Positions 1 to 9,623 of a stretch of DNA of 64,000 nucleotides are shown here, in pieces. Position numbers and translations under genes: made by a program. The notes under the pieces are model-generated. The model searched no databases and was not told the DNA's origin. It worked only from the letters and a program-made list of their open reading frames with translations. Every line of letters begins with the position of its first letter. Within the stretch, counting starts at the first letter, position 1. Origin of the DNA: an uncultured virus (IMG/VR IMGVR_UViG_3300023687_000086) (lineage: Duplodnaviria > Heunggongvirae > Uroviricota > Caudoviricetes); the IMG/VR virus record IMGVR_UViG_3300023687_000086; one strand, 5' to 3'.

Positions 1-127
1 AACAGCAACGGACATAGCAATTAGTGGAAGGATGTTCTTTTTTCTCATCCCAATACCTCATATATAGATTTTTGCACGCTTAGATGCATACAATTAAATA
101 TGGTATGAAAATTAGGCGCCAAAAGCG

Positions 128-163
128 CAAAAAAAAATACACCCAACATAGTTGAGTGTATTT
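128..163 (-). terminator. Intrinsic terminator of TA-like cassette 1
   Basis: Stem AAATACACCCAAC/GTTGAGTGTATTT followed on the - strand by a T-tract; near-identical copy at 22170-22205. Confidence 0.8.
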
Positions 164-179
164 ATGCTATTACATCATT

Positions 180-407
180 TTACGCAGCCTTTGAATAATC
201 GATAATAGAGATTTCTTGAAAAACATTCTTCGCTGCGGATACAATTTCTTCCAAACGTTCGGATACTTCATCACTAAAGGTGACTTCTCCACATACTTGG
301 CATTCAAGACAAGGCACGTTCCGAACAACTATGATGCATCCATTGTATTCCACTGTAAAAGTAGTAAGTGTATGGACTTTATTGTCCCCAAAACAAGCAT
401 TACACAT
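180..407 (-). CDS. YgiT-type zinc finger protein (MqsA-like antitoxin N-domain)
   Basis: CxxC...IVVRNVPCLECQVCGE pattern; 75 aa; directly follows a DUF4258-like gene. Confidence 0.75.
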   Translation of the reverse strand: MCNACFGDNKVHTLTTFTVEYNGCIIVVRNVPCLECQVCGEVTFSDEVSERLEEIVSAAKNVFQEISIIDYSKAA

Positions 408-409
408 AG

Positions 410-745
410 CTATTTCTCCTTTCTTGTCTTATAATCCTGTTCCCAGTGTTCCATATCTGGCCGATATGCGGAAATGATAATGATTTTCCGCTCATTAAAT
501 CCAACAACAACATGTATTGCTCCATTTTCTTGAATATCAATCCATAATATCAAACATGATGGAAATGAGCCGTCGTGCACGTTATCCGCATCAAGAGGAT
601 AGTCTTCAATTATTTCGCCATGAAGAATACAGTTAGCTATATCATTTCTTGAAATATTCCTTTCAAGCATTCTTTTCTGGCAATGAACCGTGTACTCCAC
701 AGGAATCCCTGATGTAAAAGCATCTCGCAGTTCTTTAATGTCCAT
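410..745 (-). CDS. DUF4258-like protein (putative RNase toxin)
   Basis: YTVHCQKRMLERNI...GEIIEDYP...IHVVVG...IISAYRP pattern. Confidence 0.75.
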   Translation of the reverse strand: MDIKELRDAFTSGIPVEYTVHCQKRMLERNISRNDIANCILHGEIIEDYPLDADNVHDGSFPSCLILWIDIQENGAIHVVVGFNERKIIIISAYRPDMEHWEQDYKTRKEK

Positions 746-771
746 ATTGCTAATTCCTTCTCACTTTTATT

Positions 772-854
772 TATTCCAAGTTAGAGAAAGTCCACGAAGG
801 ACTCTCTCTATTCTCTCAAAAGAGAATCCTTCTTGGTAAGGATATTATAGCACG
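772..854 (-). promoter_or_regulatory. SigA-type extended -10 promoter plus structured 5' leader, copy 1
   Basis: TGcTATAAT (ATTATA at 844-849 on +), then CCAAG/CTTGG helix enclosing two hairpins; 77/83 identical to 22946-23028. Confidence 0.7.
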
Positions 855-869
855 TTTTGAAGATTCAAA

Positions 870-2120
870 CTATACTAGTTCTTCTTCCTCATCGGCCCAA
901 TTCTGCTCTGCAGACTTACCGTTGATAAGAACCTCAGCCTCTAATCCATCGGACTGCTTACACAAGAACGATGCGGTTACCGGAACTTCGACATCCTCTC
1001 CGGCCTCGTATCTCGCAACCACATCATCCAGTAATTCAAGAGCCATCTGAACGGTTCGTTCGGTTGTGATCTCTGTTTTTCCTGAACCAGGAGGCGCATC
1101 TACGATACCGGTGCCGGCACGATAATTGGTAACTACCTGCTGATACTCATCCTGCTGAATAGATCCACGAGCTTTTAAGGTTCCGGTCTCTTCATCAGAA
1201 TCAGCAAGAATTGGTGGCTCCTTGAAGTAACAAGAGATATAGTTCGGACAACCCTTACAATCAGTCTCTTCCTTCAAATCACACTTTTCGTAACCGGTTG
1301 CATACTTCTCGAGCAACTCTCGGAACTTCTTGTCCAGATCGTTATCCGGGAACCGAGCATCGTTTGCCATCTTTGTGTACACTTCTTCTTGGCGTCTAAT
1401 AGCCTTCGTGTCAGCAAAATAATCCTCAATTTCGTACGTCTTACCAGACTTGTCCGTGTCTTTACGTAAAAAGTAATACGTAGCCTTAATATCGATACTC
1501 TGGTTTGGCAACAAAAAAGTATCTGCATACTTACGAAGTGCGTGACGCATTACATGAAGCCACATATCAGTCTGTGGGTTGCTCTGTCCTCTTAACGTCT
1601 CGGAAATATCCGGACGGCCTTTACGAAGGATAGCACCTTCTAAGACACCAATATGCATTGGTTTATCGGTTTTGATAATATCTTTTCGAATCCAAGTAAA
1701 CCGGACCTCAATATCATCATCATCAATAAAGTGCGTTCCATCCGCAGCATCGATGAAGTCCGTTAGGTCCAAATAAATCGGATCTTCCGGTACAAACACG
1801 GCCTGCTTCTCTGGATCTGGATTTCCGTATGGCCAGCAGAACGAATTAATGAATCGGTATAAGCACTTAGAAAGTACGTTTACAGCTGCATCCTGAATCT
1901 CAGAAATATCATCTACATTCTCATCACTATAAGATATAGATACATCTTCCTTGATTTCATCAACAGATTGCGGGTCATATTCACCCTTAATAAACGCTTC
2001 TATCATTTGACGTGCGACTAATGTCTCGTCAAAATGCTTATTACTCTTCGTTTTCGTTACAATGCTTGTTCGGTTCTGACAAGCGCTCCTCTTTTGGAAG
2101 TTTTGTCGTTTTAAACTCAT
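870..2120 (-). CDS. Protein with Cys cluster followed by a truncated UvrD/SF1 helicase N-terminus
   Basis: C-x6-C-x2-C-x5-C, then DEYQQVV...IVDAPPGSGKT (Q motif plus Walker A) near the C-terminus; remaining helicase motifs absent. Confidence 0.5.
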   Translation of the reverse strand: MSLKRQNFQKRSACQNRTSIVTKTKSNKHFDETLVARQMIEAFIKGEYDPQSVDEIKEDVSISYSDENVDDISEIQDAAVNVLSKCLYRFINSFCWPYGNPDPEKQAVFVPEDPIYLDLTDFIDAADGTHFIDDDDIEVRFTWIRKDIIKTDKPMHIGVLEGAILRKGRPDISETLRGQSNPQTDMWLHVMRHALRKYADTFLLPNQSIDIKATYYFLRKDTDKSGKTYEIEDYFADTKAIRRQEEVYTKMANDARFPDNDLDKKFRELLEKYATGYEKCDLKEETDCKGCPNYISCYFKEPPILADSDEETGTLKARGSIQQDEYQQVVTNYRAGTGIVDAPPGSGKTEITTERTVQMALELLDDVVARYEAGEDVEVPVTASFLCKQSDGLEAEVLINGKSAEQNWADEEEELV

Positions 2121-2224
2121 ATTGTTCTCCTTTCATGATAGAGTTTTAAAATACATATTAAATATGGAACGTGGAATAATAGACAAAAAAAAGCACAACA
2201 ACCAATTGTTATGCTTTCTTTCCC

Positions 2225-2443
2225 CTAGTTAAACTCACGGAATTCTTCGCACTCATCATAATCGTCTAACATATAGTTGCGATTCTTTCTGTAGCTACGA
2301 TTCTTTTTATGCACTTCTCTTTCTGAGACCTGACGATTGCGTCTAGCAGCTCGTTCCATCTTCGCACGAGAATGGATACTTCCAATCTCACCGATTCCTG
2401 TTTCTACCTCAGATACATACTTTGCATAAATTCCTGTTCCCAT
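2225..2443 (-). CDS. Hypothetical small basic protein
   Basis: RBS GAAAGGAG, own promoter motif and terminator. Confidence 0.65.
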   Translation of the reverse strand: MGTGIYAKYVSEVETGIGEIGSIHSRAKMERAARRNRQVSEREVHKKNRSYRKNRNYMLDDYDECEEFREFN

Positions 2444-2554
2444 ATTTTTATATACTCCTTTCGAGTTGTTAATTTTATGTGTATTAAATATGGAATCTTT
2501 TTTCTGTTAAAAAAAAGAAAGGCTCCGTTTATAAAAAGCCCTTCTTTTTTTTAG

Positions 2555-3022
2555 TTACACTATATTCATTCCAAGACGTTTTGCATCTTCGTCTCCATAA
2601 TAGAAGTACTCAGCGCAATCTGCGAGAGTTTTCGTCCCGCTCTGAAGTTCATGGAATAAATCATAAACCTTATCCTGCGGAATACGACAAAGCGTAAGTC
2701 GGAATGTCTCTCCTTCTTTGATCCAGCCCGGCAAGCTAAGGACGCAAATCGGATATACCCCAATTTGTTTCTCAGTTGCTCCGTCTGAAGTCGGCCACAC
2801 CTCAAGTTGAAGTTTCGGTCCATCTGGCATGGTCCGTCTGAACCAAATCTGATGAACGTCATTCCTGTCAGTTATCTCTTGGATGCCATCTAATTGATGC
2901 TCAAAATTATCACCATATAGATTCCGAACCTTATCCCACGCTTCTTGTTTGCTGGCTGCAATCATTGTTACGTCTTCATGTCCAAGAGTGTTTCCATTGA
3001 TAAAAGATACATCATATAACAT
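2555..3022 (-). CDS. Hypothetical protein
   Basis: 155 aa ORF with RBS GAAAGGAG and promoter motif at 3061. Confidence 0.7.
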   Translation of the reverse strand: MLYDVSFINGNTLGHEDVTMIAASKQEAWDKVRNLYGDNFEHQLDGIQEITDRNDVHQIWFRRTMPDGPKLQLEVWPTSDGATEKQIGVYPICVLSLPGWIKEGETFRLTLCRIPQDKVYDLFHELQSGTKTLADCAEYFYYGDEDAKRLGMNIV

Positions 3023-3125
3023 GCTTTATTCTCCTTTCGTGCATAGCATCTTGTTATGCCTTAAATATGAAACGAAAACAAACACGCAAAAAAAAAAGAC
3101 ACCAACCAAGGTGCCTTTTTATTCG

Positions 3126-4223
3126 TTACGCTGCTGTCGCTGTTGCGGAGCCCATAACACGATTGATAACATCGAGTATTAAGCATCCAGAACCGAGTTT
3201 TCCGGCCCGATATGCTGTCCGAACTGCCATACGCATCAAATTGATTGCACATGCATTATCGGACGTCTTAGGGCTTGTTAATGCGGTTCTAGGATATCTT
3301 CGAATCAGTGAATCAGGAACGATAATCCCTTCATTACTACCTACACCTTGATACTTTGCTCGATACAACCATGTCTGTAAAACAGCCATTTCTTCGTCGG
3401 TATACCCTAACACAGTACGAATTCTACTTAGTACGTCTTGCATTTCGTCTTCATCCATCAAATCTGCATTTGTTGTCTTAAGGTATCGAAGCTCGTTTGG
3501 ATGTTCTCTTTTCCAAGTCGGTCTTTCTCTAAGCGGAAGCCATTCTTCGTTCTCTGATTCGTAACCAAAAGCAACACGAAGCTTATTTACTCGGTCCCAT
3601 GATAAGCTACCTCCTTCAATCTTCTTTTCCTTACACAAATCAACGATTTCCTGGTTTGTAGCATTAGAAAGCGTTATCTTGTAGTCGGAGTTCTTTCTGA
3701 TACGAATATAGATGTTCAAATCCCGCTCCGTTAGAAGTGGATAATCCTTTTTCGCTTCTTCTAGAATCCAGCTTCGATAATAAGAACGAATTCGAGTGCT
3801 TAAATAATGATTCACAAAAGACTGAGACGTATACTTTTTCTCGCCACATAATGATGATAAGATGAAATCCCATTGAATTTGCTTAAATTCTGTAAACGCA
3901 CCCATTAGGAGCGGATAATATGCATCACTTAATACAAGTCTCTCATATACAGGAATAAACTCATCAACACCATAACGACCAAAATTTCGGTTCGTAAAAC
4001 TCATTACGAATCTACAAGTAGCATTTTCGCGGGTAAGATCAACTGCGATTCTCTCTACAGTCTTTTCATCGTTTCTTTCACGGGCCAAGATTAAGTAAGC
4101 ACACATAAGATCCAATCTTGTGGTTCTATTATTGTACTCGTGCTCGATTACGTAAGAAATGACATCTTCTTTCGATGTAAACACACCAACTTTATCTGTT
4201 ACTCTTCTCGTTGTCATATGCAT
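3126..4223 (-). CDS. Hypothetical protein
   Basis: 365 aa ORF with RBS, promoter motif at 4267 and terminator. Confidence 0.75.
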   Translation of the reverse strand: MHMTTRRVTDKVGVFTSKEDVISYVIEHEYNNRTTRLDLMCAYLILARERNDEKTVERIAVDLTRENATCRFVMSFTNRNFGRYGVDEFIPVYERLVLSDAYYPLLMGAFTEFKQIQWDFILSSLCGEKKYTSQSFVNHYLSTRIRSYYRSWILEEAKKDYPLLTERDLNIYIRIRKNSDYKITLSNATNQEIVDLCKEKKIEGGSLSWDRVNKLRVAFGYESENEEWLPLRERPTWKREHPNELRYLKTTNADLMDEDEMQDVLSRIRTVLGYTDEEMAVLQTWLYRAKYQGVGSNEGIIVPDSLIRRYPRTALTSPKTSDNACAINLMRMAVRTAYRAGKLGSGCLILDVINRVMGSATATAA

Positions 4224-4436
4224 TGTTTTGTTCTCCTTTCATGATATGACTTAATAAATTACGAGATTAAATATGGAGTAATCGGATCCCACCACAAAAA
4301 AAAACACCTCCATAAGGAAGGTGTTTTCTTTTTAAGTTATCGATAACTGGCTTAACCCGGCCAGGGAATTCGGGTTCTATCTTTAGAACTGGTTTTTACC
4401 TGACCAGAGTTAAACAGGATTCGATGTACGAAGCAA

Positions 4437-5630
4437 TTATGCCTGTACTAAATTAAACAAAGTACCGCGATCGGTCTCAACGGAAGTGAAGATAACCTCT
4501 TCACGAGCCTTGTTGCTGAAATACCACTTCGCACCGGTATTACCGTCTTCATCCTCGTACGCATATACGCCATCAAAGTAATTGAATCCATTCATCGCAG
4601 TTACGATTTTCGGCTCATCTACTGTAATGGTTCCACGAGCAGTGGTAATCAATACCTGATCCTTATCCTTAATGGTAATAACAGGAGCGGAACCAGACGC
4701 ACCACCAAGATACACACGAGCATTCTTAGAATTAACAACATACGCACCAACAGTGTTGCAAATGTTGCCGGAACGATCCACACGATACAGGCTCAAGGTT
4801 GGCTTTGTAGCTTCGATCTTGCCATTCTTATCCTCGGATACGGATAAGATGACCAAGTCTCTACGGTCAGCCTGAGTAACCAGCTTCATGCTCTCAACGA
4901 TAGGGAAATCGATGTCAACATACTCATCGGCATCCTCATCGTACACCTCGCCATTGCTAATGCGATGCAATTCACCGGACTCTCTCACCTGGTACAGATT
5001 GTTGTACTTAAGCACATCATAGGTATCGACAACGTTGCCGTTCTCGTCCTTCTGCTCCTCGGTAACGATTAATCGCTCGTTAACCAATACGATATCATCT
5101 GCCATACGGAAGAACTTGATATCTGCATCAGCTACAGAGAAGTTATCATGCACCATACGGAACTCATCGCTCTGTACATCATATGCCATGATATCGATCA
5201 TCTTGTCGGAATCAACGTTCTCGGTAATCAAAAGAACAGTTCCCTTGATTGTTCCAAGAACACTAACGACCTTAATGCGTCCACAGGAAACCTCTGGGCC
5301 ATCCTCAAATACCAAAGTGGACTTACCATTTGTGGTATTAACGTCTACAGATGGAACCGGTCTCTCGTTCGGATTGTTCACATAGTGTGCAATATGTGCG
5401 TTCTTCTCAGAAAGCTCTACAACATCTGCCACTGCATCAGAACCCTCCGGAAGAACTTCTGTTACCGTAACGGTTTTTTCTGTGGTATCAATTGCAGTTA
5501 CCTTGTATTCCTTGTTATCAGGAACCATAGTTACAACAGTACCAATAACCTCACGGCCAGTTGCTGCCTGGTCCATCACAAGTGCTACCATAGAATTGTT
5601 TAATTTTGTTGCCTTTTTTGCGTTCATCAT
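4437..5630 (-). CDS. Hypothetical acidic, Val/Asp-rich protein
   Basis: 397 aa ORF, RBS AAGGAGG; flanked by long structured UTRs. Confidence 0.8.
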   Translation of the reverse strand: MMNAKKATKLNNSMVALVMDQAATGREVIGTVVTMVPDNKEYKVTAIDTTEKTVTVTEVLPEGSDAVADVVELSEKNAHIAHYVNNPNERPVPSVDVNTTNGKSTLVFEDGPEVSCGRIKVVSVLGTIKGTVLLITENVDSDKMIDIMAYDVQSDEFRMVHDNFSVADADIKFFRMADDIVLVNERLIVTEEQKDENGNVVDTYDVLKYNNLYQVRESGELHRISNGEVYDEDADEYVDIDFPIVESMKLVTQADRRDLVILSVSEDKNGKIEATKPTLSLYRVDRSGNICNTVGAYVVNSKNARVYLGGASGSAPVITIKDKDQVLITTARGTITVDEPKIVTAMNGFNYFDGVYAYEDEDGNTGAKWYFSNKAREEVIFTSVETDRGTLFNLVQA

Positions 5631-5666
5631 ACGCTACCTCCTTAAAAATCGTGCCAACTTTTGGTC

Positions 5667-5825
5667 ACGTTAATGATTGTTAACCGGGGTTACACCGGTT
5701 TCGAAGAAAGTAATTGCTGGGTCGGACTTTCCGTACCCATCCAGTATTAAACTGGCGTTATGAGCGACCCGCGATGCCTTTATCGCATCTGCTACGGGTT
5801 TCGGGGTTACACCGAATCAAACGTT
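5667..5825 (-). ncRNA. Candidate structured leader RNA
   Basis: Closing helix 5815-5825 with 5667-5678; five internal hairpins; CGGGGTTACACCG occurs twice (5685-5697, 5802-5814). Confidence 0.55.
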
Positions 5826-5923
5826 CTTCTCCATTCGTTGCTTTTTTGTTATACGCTTTAAATATGGAATTATTTTTAGTAATAAAAAAAAGAAGCCCCA
5901 TTATAGAGACTTCTTTTTCTTTG

Positions 5924-6607
5924 TTAGACCCATTCAAGTGCCTTTTTCTGTGTTTTAGGTTGATACCCGCAAAAGTCAATTGCAGTCTGCTGCATATTAC
6001 GAGCGTCCCACTGCTTAGCAGCCTCTTCCTCAGACATTGCACTAATCATGTTCTTCATCTTTTCGTTATTTGAGAACATAACATATAATGCATACTTTCT
6101 TGAGAAGTGATCACCACGCTCCAATTCCGCAACCAATGCCATACGAATCAATTCCTTCGCTTGCTGCAATGTTTTAACTTCCGGAAGATTTGGTCTTGCC
6201 GGCTTAGTATCCTCCGCCTGCTTAGGTTCCTCTGTTGTTTTTTGCTCATCGGCTTTGGCAACCTGTGCAGACTCCGTAATGTCGTCTGATTCGCACACAG
6301 ATTCTTTGGATTCCTCTGGTGCGGATTCGGAAACGACTTCCGTCTCTACTGAAGCCGCAGTAGCTTGCTCTTCAACTTTCGTGGCAGAAATAGGTTCAGT
6401 AACACTTTTTCCGGCAATCGCATCAATATTCTTTGCTTCTTCCTTTGTATTACTTTCCGTCTGCGGGGCTAAAATTGTTGCCAAGTTACCAGCAATTCCA
6501 CCAAAAAGACTTGCAATCTGAGATTCTACATCTTTTGTCGGATTTTCAATTACAACGTAGATTTTATTTCCTTCCTTGAATGTCTTAATCATTTGTTCTT
6601 TAGCCAT
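5924..6607 (-). CDS. Hypothetical protein with low-complexity acidic linker
   Basis: 227 aa ORF, RBS, promoter motif at 6649. Confidence 0.75.
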   Translation of the reverse strand: MAKEQMIKTFKEGNKIYVVIENPTKDVESQIASLFGGIAGNLATILAPQTESNTKEEAKNIDAIAGKSVTEPISATKVEEQATAASVETEVVSESAPEESKESVCESDDITESAQVAKADEQKTTEEPKQAEDTKPARPNLPEVKTLQQAKELIRMALVAELERGDHFSRKYALYVMFSNNEKMKNMISAMSEEEAAKQWDARNMQQTAIDFCGYQPKTQKKALEWV

Positions 6608-6726
6608 AATTAGCTCCTTTCATATAATAACGTTATTTTATGACGTACTTAAATATGAGATATATTTGTGGGCACAAAAAAAAGTCCCAAGTGGATAATT
6701 CCACTTAGGACTTAGCGTTCTTTATC

Positions 6727-7482
6727 TTAGCTCCATAATCCGAAGAACCAGTCAATTGCATTTGAGCAAGCATCGCGAACACCGGCAGCAATGCACTTCC
6801 ATGTGTCGCCAACCTTCTCGAAAACAGCAACAACGACTCCACCCTTTTTAGAGTCATCCATCCTTGGATCCGTTGGTACTTCAGTATCATCTACAACACT
6901 ACTTGGATCTGTAGAATCGAGCTTGTATGCAGGGGCAGCATTGTCATCGTTGGATACCTTTTCAGAATCCTTCTTTACGGCATCCCCAGTAATCTTTTCC
7001 TTGGTACTCTTTTCGGTTTCCTTATCCTTTGCATCTGCATCACTCTTGGTCTGCTTCTTTACGACCTTAGATTCTGCAACGTTGGATGCATCGTTAGAAG
7101 AAATCTGGGTAGATGGAGCACTTGTGGTAGTCTCTGCTGACTGACTCACGTTATTGGTTGCTGGAGCAGGTGCAGGTGCGGACTCTGCAGGTGCTGCATT
7201 TTCGGTCGGCTGCGCCGGCTCGTCATGCTTGCCATACATCGCCTCCCATTCAGCTTGCCCCTGTTCACGGTTTTTCGCATCAATTTCTGCTTGAGAATCA
7301 ATATACTCATGAGACTGTCTAATGAGCTCTTCAAATTCCGGAGTCATTGGTGGTTCCGGAACCTCTTGCACACCAGAAGCATCGGCATTTGGCATTTCTG
7401 CTGCAAAAACGTTAGCAGGCGCAAGTAAATTCGCACCAATTAATAACAAACCTAATAATTTTACCATGTTCTTTTTCTTCAT
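6727..7482 (-). CDS. Secreted low-complexity protein
   Basis: Start moved to MKKKNMVKLLGLLL (RBS AGGAG); signal peptide ending VFA; Pro/Ala/Ser-rich. Confidence 0.7.
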   Translation of the reverse strand: MKKKNMVKLLGLLLIGANLLAPANVFAAEMPNADASGVQEVPEPPMTPEFEELIRQSHEYIDSQAEIDAKNREQGQAEWEAMYGKHDEPAQPTENAAPAESAPAPAPATNNVSQSAETTTSAPSTQISSNDASNVAESKVVKKQTKSDADAKDKETEKSTKEKITGDAVKKDSEKVSNDDNAAPAYKLDSTDPSSVVDDTEVPTDPRMDDSKKGGVVVAVFEKVGDTWKCIAAGVRDACSNAIDWFFGLWS

Positions 7483-7579
7483 AATATTTCTACTCCTTTT
7501 CTGTATTTTTCTTTTGATATCACTAAGACGTAAAATATCAATAAAAGGTTTTAAGAATTCCAATTCTTTTTACAATAAT

Positions 7580-7613
7580 AATACGTATCATTTGAAGCTA
7601 TTTTGTGACAAAA
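7580..7613 (-). promoter_or_regulatory. Class-2 motif TTTGTCACAA-N11-ATGATACGTATT
   Basis: One of 5 exact bipartite copies, all intergenic. Confidence 0.75.
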
Positions 7614-7654
7614 AAAAACTAAAAAGAAGAGGCTTTTTTTTAGCCTCTTTCTTT

Positions 7655-9517
7655 TTAATCATGAAATACTGGTTTTGTAATGTTAATTCCAACGTAATAA
7701 GTAATTTTATTAGCACCCCAGTATTTCATATTGTCATATGACCAGGTATCTAATCCCGACAAAGTATTACGAACAGAAGCACCTGTAACTTTATTGTTAA
7801 AGTCCAAACCGTTTATTGAAAATTGATAGTATCCAGTTGTAGGACTATAGCTCATGATACGCTCACCTTCAACACCCCAATTCGCCGCGAATAACGTGTA
7901 AATCGAATCTGATCTGGCGCCTTCTCTTGTTGCGTAAAATGTAACCGTTTGTGAAGGATCTAAGTATACACCGGTACCGGGATACCAAGCTTCTCCATGG
8001 TTAGGAGATGTTAAATTTTTAATCATCCCTGTAAATCCGTACGTATAATCCTTATGAGTAAAGTCCGCATAAACCACCATATTTACACTGTTCGTATCAT
8101 AATTAAACAAACCGGAGAAACTTGCATTGCCATTTCCGTCAACATTACCAGTATTTGTATTGTATTTGGAAAAACTATAATGGCGTCCTCGCTGGAATGT
8201 TCCGCTATTAGTAATCAAATGTGTAGGATTGTTTGACGAATCTACACTATCTGGATCGAAATATGACTGCGTCCAGGTATCATTACTTAGCAATTCAACG
8301 TCTTTATTTTTCGAATAAGATAATGACCATTTACCAGCTATATTAACAGCAGGCTTCGATTCATTAATCTTGCCCTTTACTCCGTTGCCAGCGTTATACA
8401 CTTCCGTGTAGTAGTAGTGAGTGGTAGCAGAAATCGATGTAGGAGAACTTCCTTCATTGATTCTTGCAGATCCGGCCTCAACACTCTCTGTGCCATCCAT
8501 TCTATTCTTAAGTGTGAATGTTACCGTCTTTGTTGATGTTAAATCTGTCTGTTCATTTGCAGTATACACCGCGTATAACGTCATATTATTTGCGAACGTA
8601 GTTGTCTGGCCCGCATTATATTGTGGCGTTGTATTCGTCGCAGTATCGGTTCGATAACCTCGCAACGTCCATCCATTCAGCGAAGCCGTCCCAAGCGTGA
8701 TTGTTGCATCAGTCTGAGAACCATTATTATAAACACCTCTTCCGGTATTAATAATATCCGCTCCACCAGTTTTAATTGTAACAGTGACGGTCGGCTTTCG
8801 ATACATCGCATATAAAGTCGTATTTTCGGAAAACAGATTCGTGCCTGGCTTAAATAACACATCAGCCTCAGATGTAGATGTACTACTTCTGCTGTATCCA
8901 ATTAAGTCGTATCCACTCCCGTGCGAGAATGTCGGCAGCATAATAGGGGCCTGTCCATCAACGCTTGCTACGTTATACTTGGTCCCCGAATATTGAGCAG
9001 AATTCGCACCATCGACCAACGTTACTGTTACCTGTTTACTAAATACCGGATACAACGTATGGGCTCCATCATTTTGAGAACGCAAGTTGGTTACTATTCC
9101 ATCTGGGCTAATAGACGTATCCGTTTTCCAGCCGAGGAACGTGTATCCGTCCTTCGTTGGGGCTTTGACCCAGTCAATAACGTTTTCACCAATCGGAACG
9201 TCAACAGTATACATTTCACGACCGATCATCACGTCATAGCTGTATGTTTTTACATATACCAACGTGTTATCTACGAATACTTTTTGCATAATACTGTTAC
9301 CGTTGTATACGGTATTCATGGAATTAGCGTTCCCATATACGTTTTCCGGCAAGTGCAAATGATTCGTTCCATACGTGCTCGAGAATTCACCAGCGGCCGC
9401 ACCGTATTCCGCTTCCGGTATTTGTTGCGCATTTGCGACTACCGGTGGGCCACAGATTAGAGCTACTAGCGAAAAGACGCCAAATAGCCCTCGACATGCT
9501 TTAAAATTCAGTTTCAT
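7655..9517 (-). CDS. Secreted surface protein with InlB B-repeat/Flg_new-like repeats
   Basis: Signal peptide; repeated PTKDGYTFLGW...TLYPVF, GYDLIGY...TLYAMY and GWTLRGY...TLYAVY units. Confidence 0.7.
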   Translation of the reverse strand: MKLNFKACRGLFGVFSLVALICGPPVVANAQQIPEAEYGAAAGEFSSTYGTNHLHLPENVYGNANSMNTVYNGNSIMQKVFVDNTLVYVKTYSYDVMIGREMYTVDVPIGENVIDWVKAPTKDGYTFLGWKTDTSISPDGIVTNLRSQNDGAHTLYPVFSKQVTVTLVDGANSAQYSGTKYNVASVDGQAPIMLPTFSHGSGYDLIGYSRSSTSTSEADVLFKPGTNLFSENTTLYAMYRKPTVTVTIKTGGADIINTGRGVYNNGSQTDATITLGTASLNGWTLRGYRTDTATNTTPQYNAGQTTTFANNMTLYAVYTANEQTDLTSTKTVTFTLKNRMDGTESVEAGSARINEGSSPTSISATTHYYYTEVYNAGNGVKGKINESKPAVNIAGKWSLSYSKNKDVELLSNDTWTQSYFDPDSVDSSNNPTHLITNSGTFQRGRHYSFSKYNTNTGNVDGNGNASFSGLFNYDTNSVNMVVYADFTHKDYTYGFTGMIKNLTSPNHGEAWYPGTGVYLDPSQTVTFYATREGARSDSIYTLFAANWGVEGERIMSYSPTTGYYQFSINGLDFNNKVTGASVRNTLSGLDTWSYDNMKYWGANKITYYVGINITKPVFHD

Positions 9518-9623
9518 ATTTCACTCCTTTTGAACCTGATAATAGTTACATTACAAATATGAATCTAATTATTGGAAACAAAAAAAGAGGAACCAAAAAC
9601 GGGTTCCTCTTGCGTAATTAAGC

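Noticed and set aside
5650..5850. tRNA or twister-sister ribozyme
   Set aside because: No cloverleaf; the 7-nt loops and CGCUCA are loosely reminiscent of twister-sister, but I could not form its P1 helix
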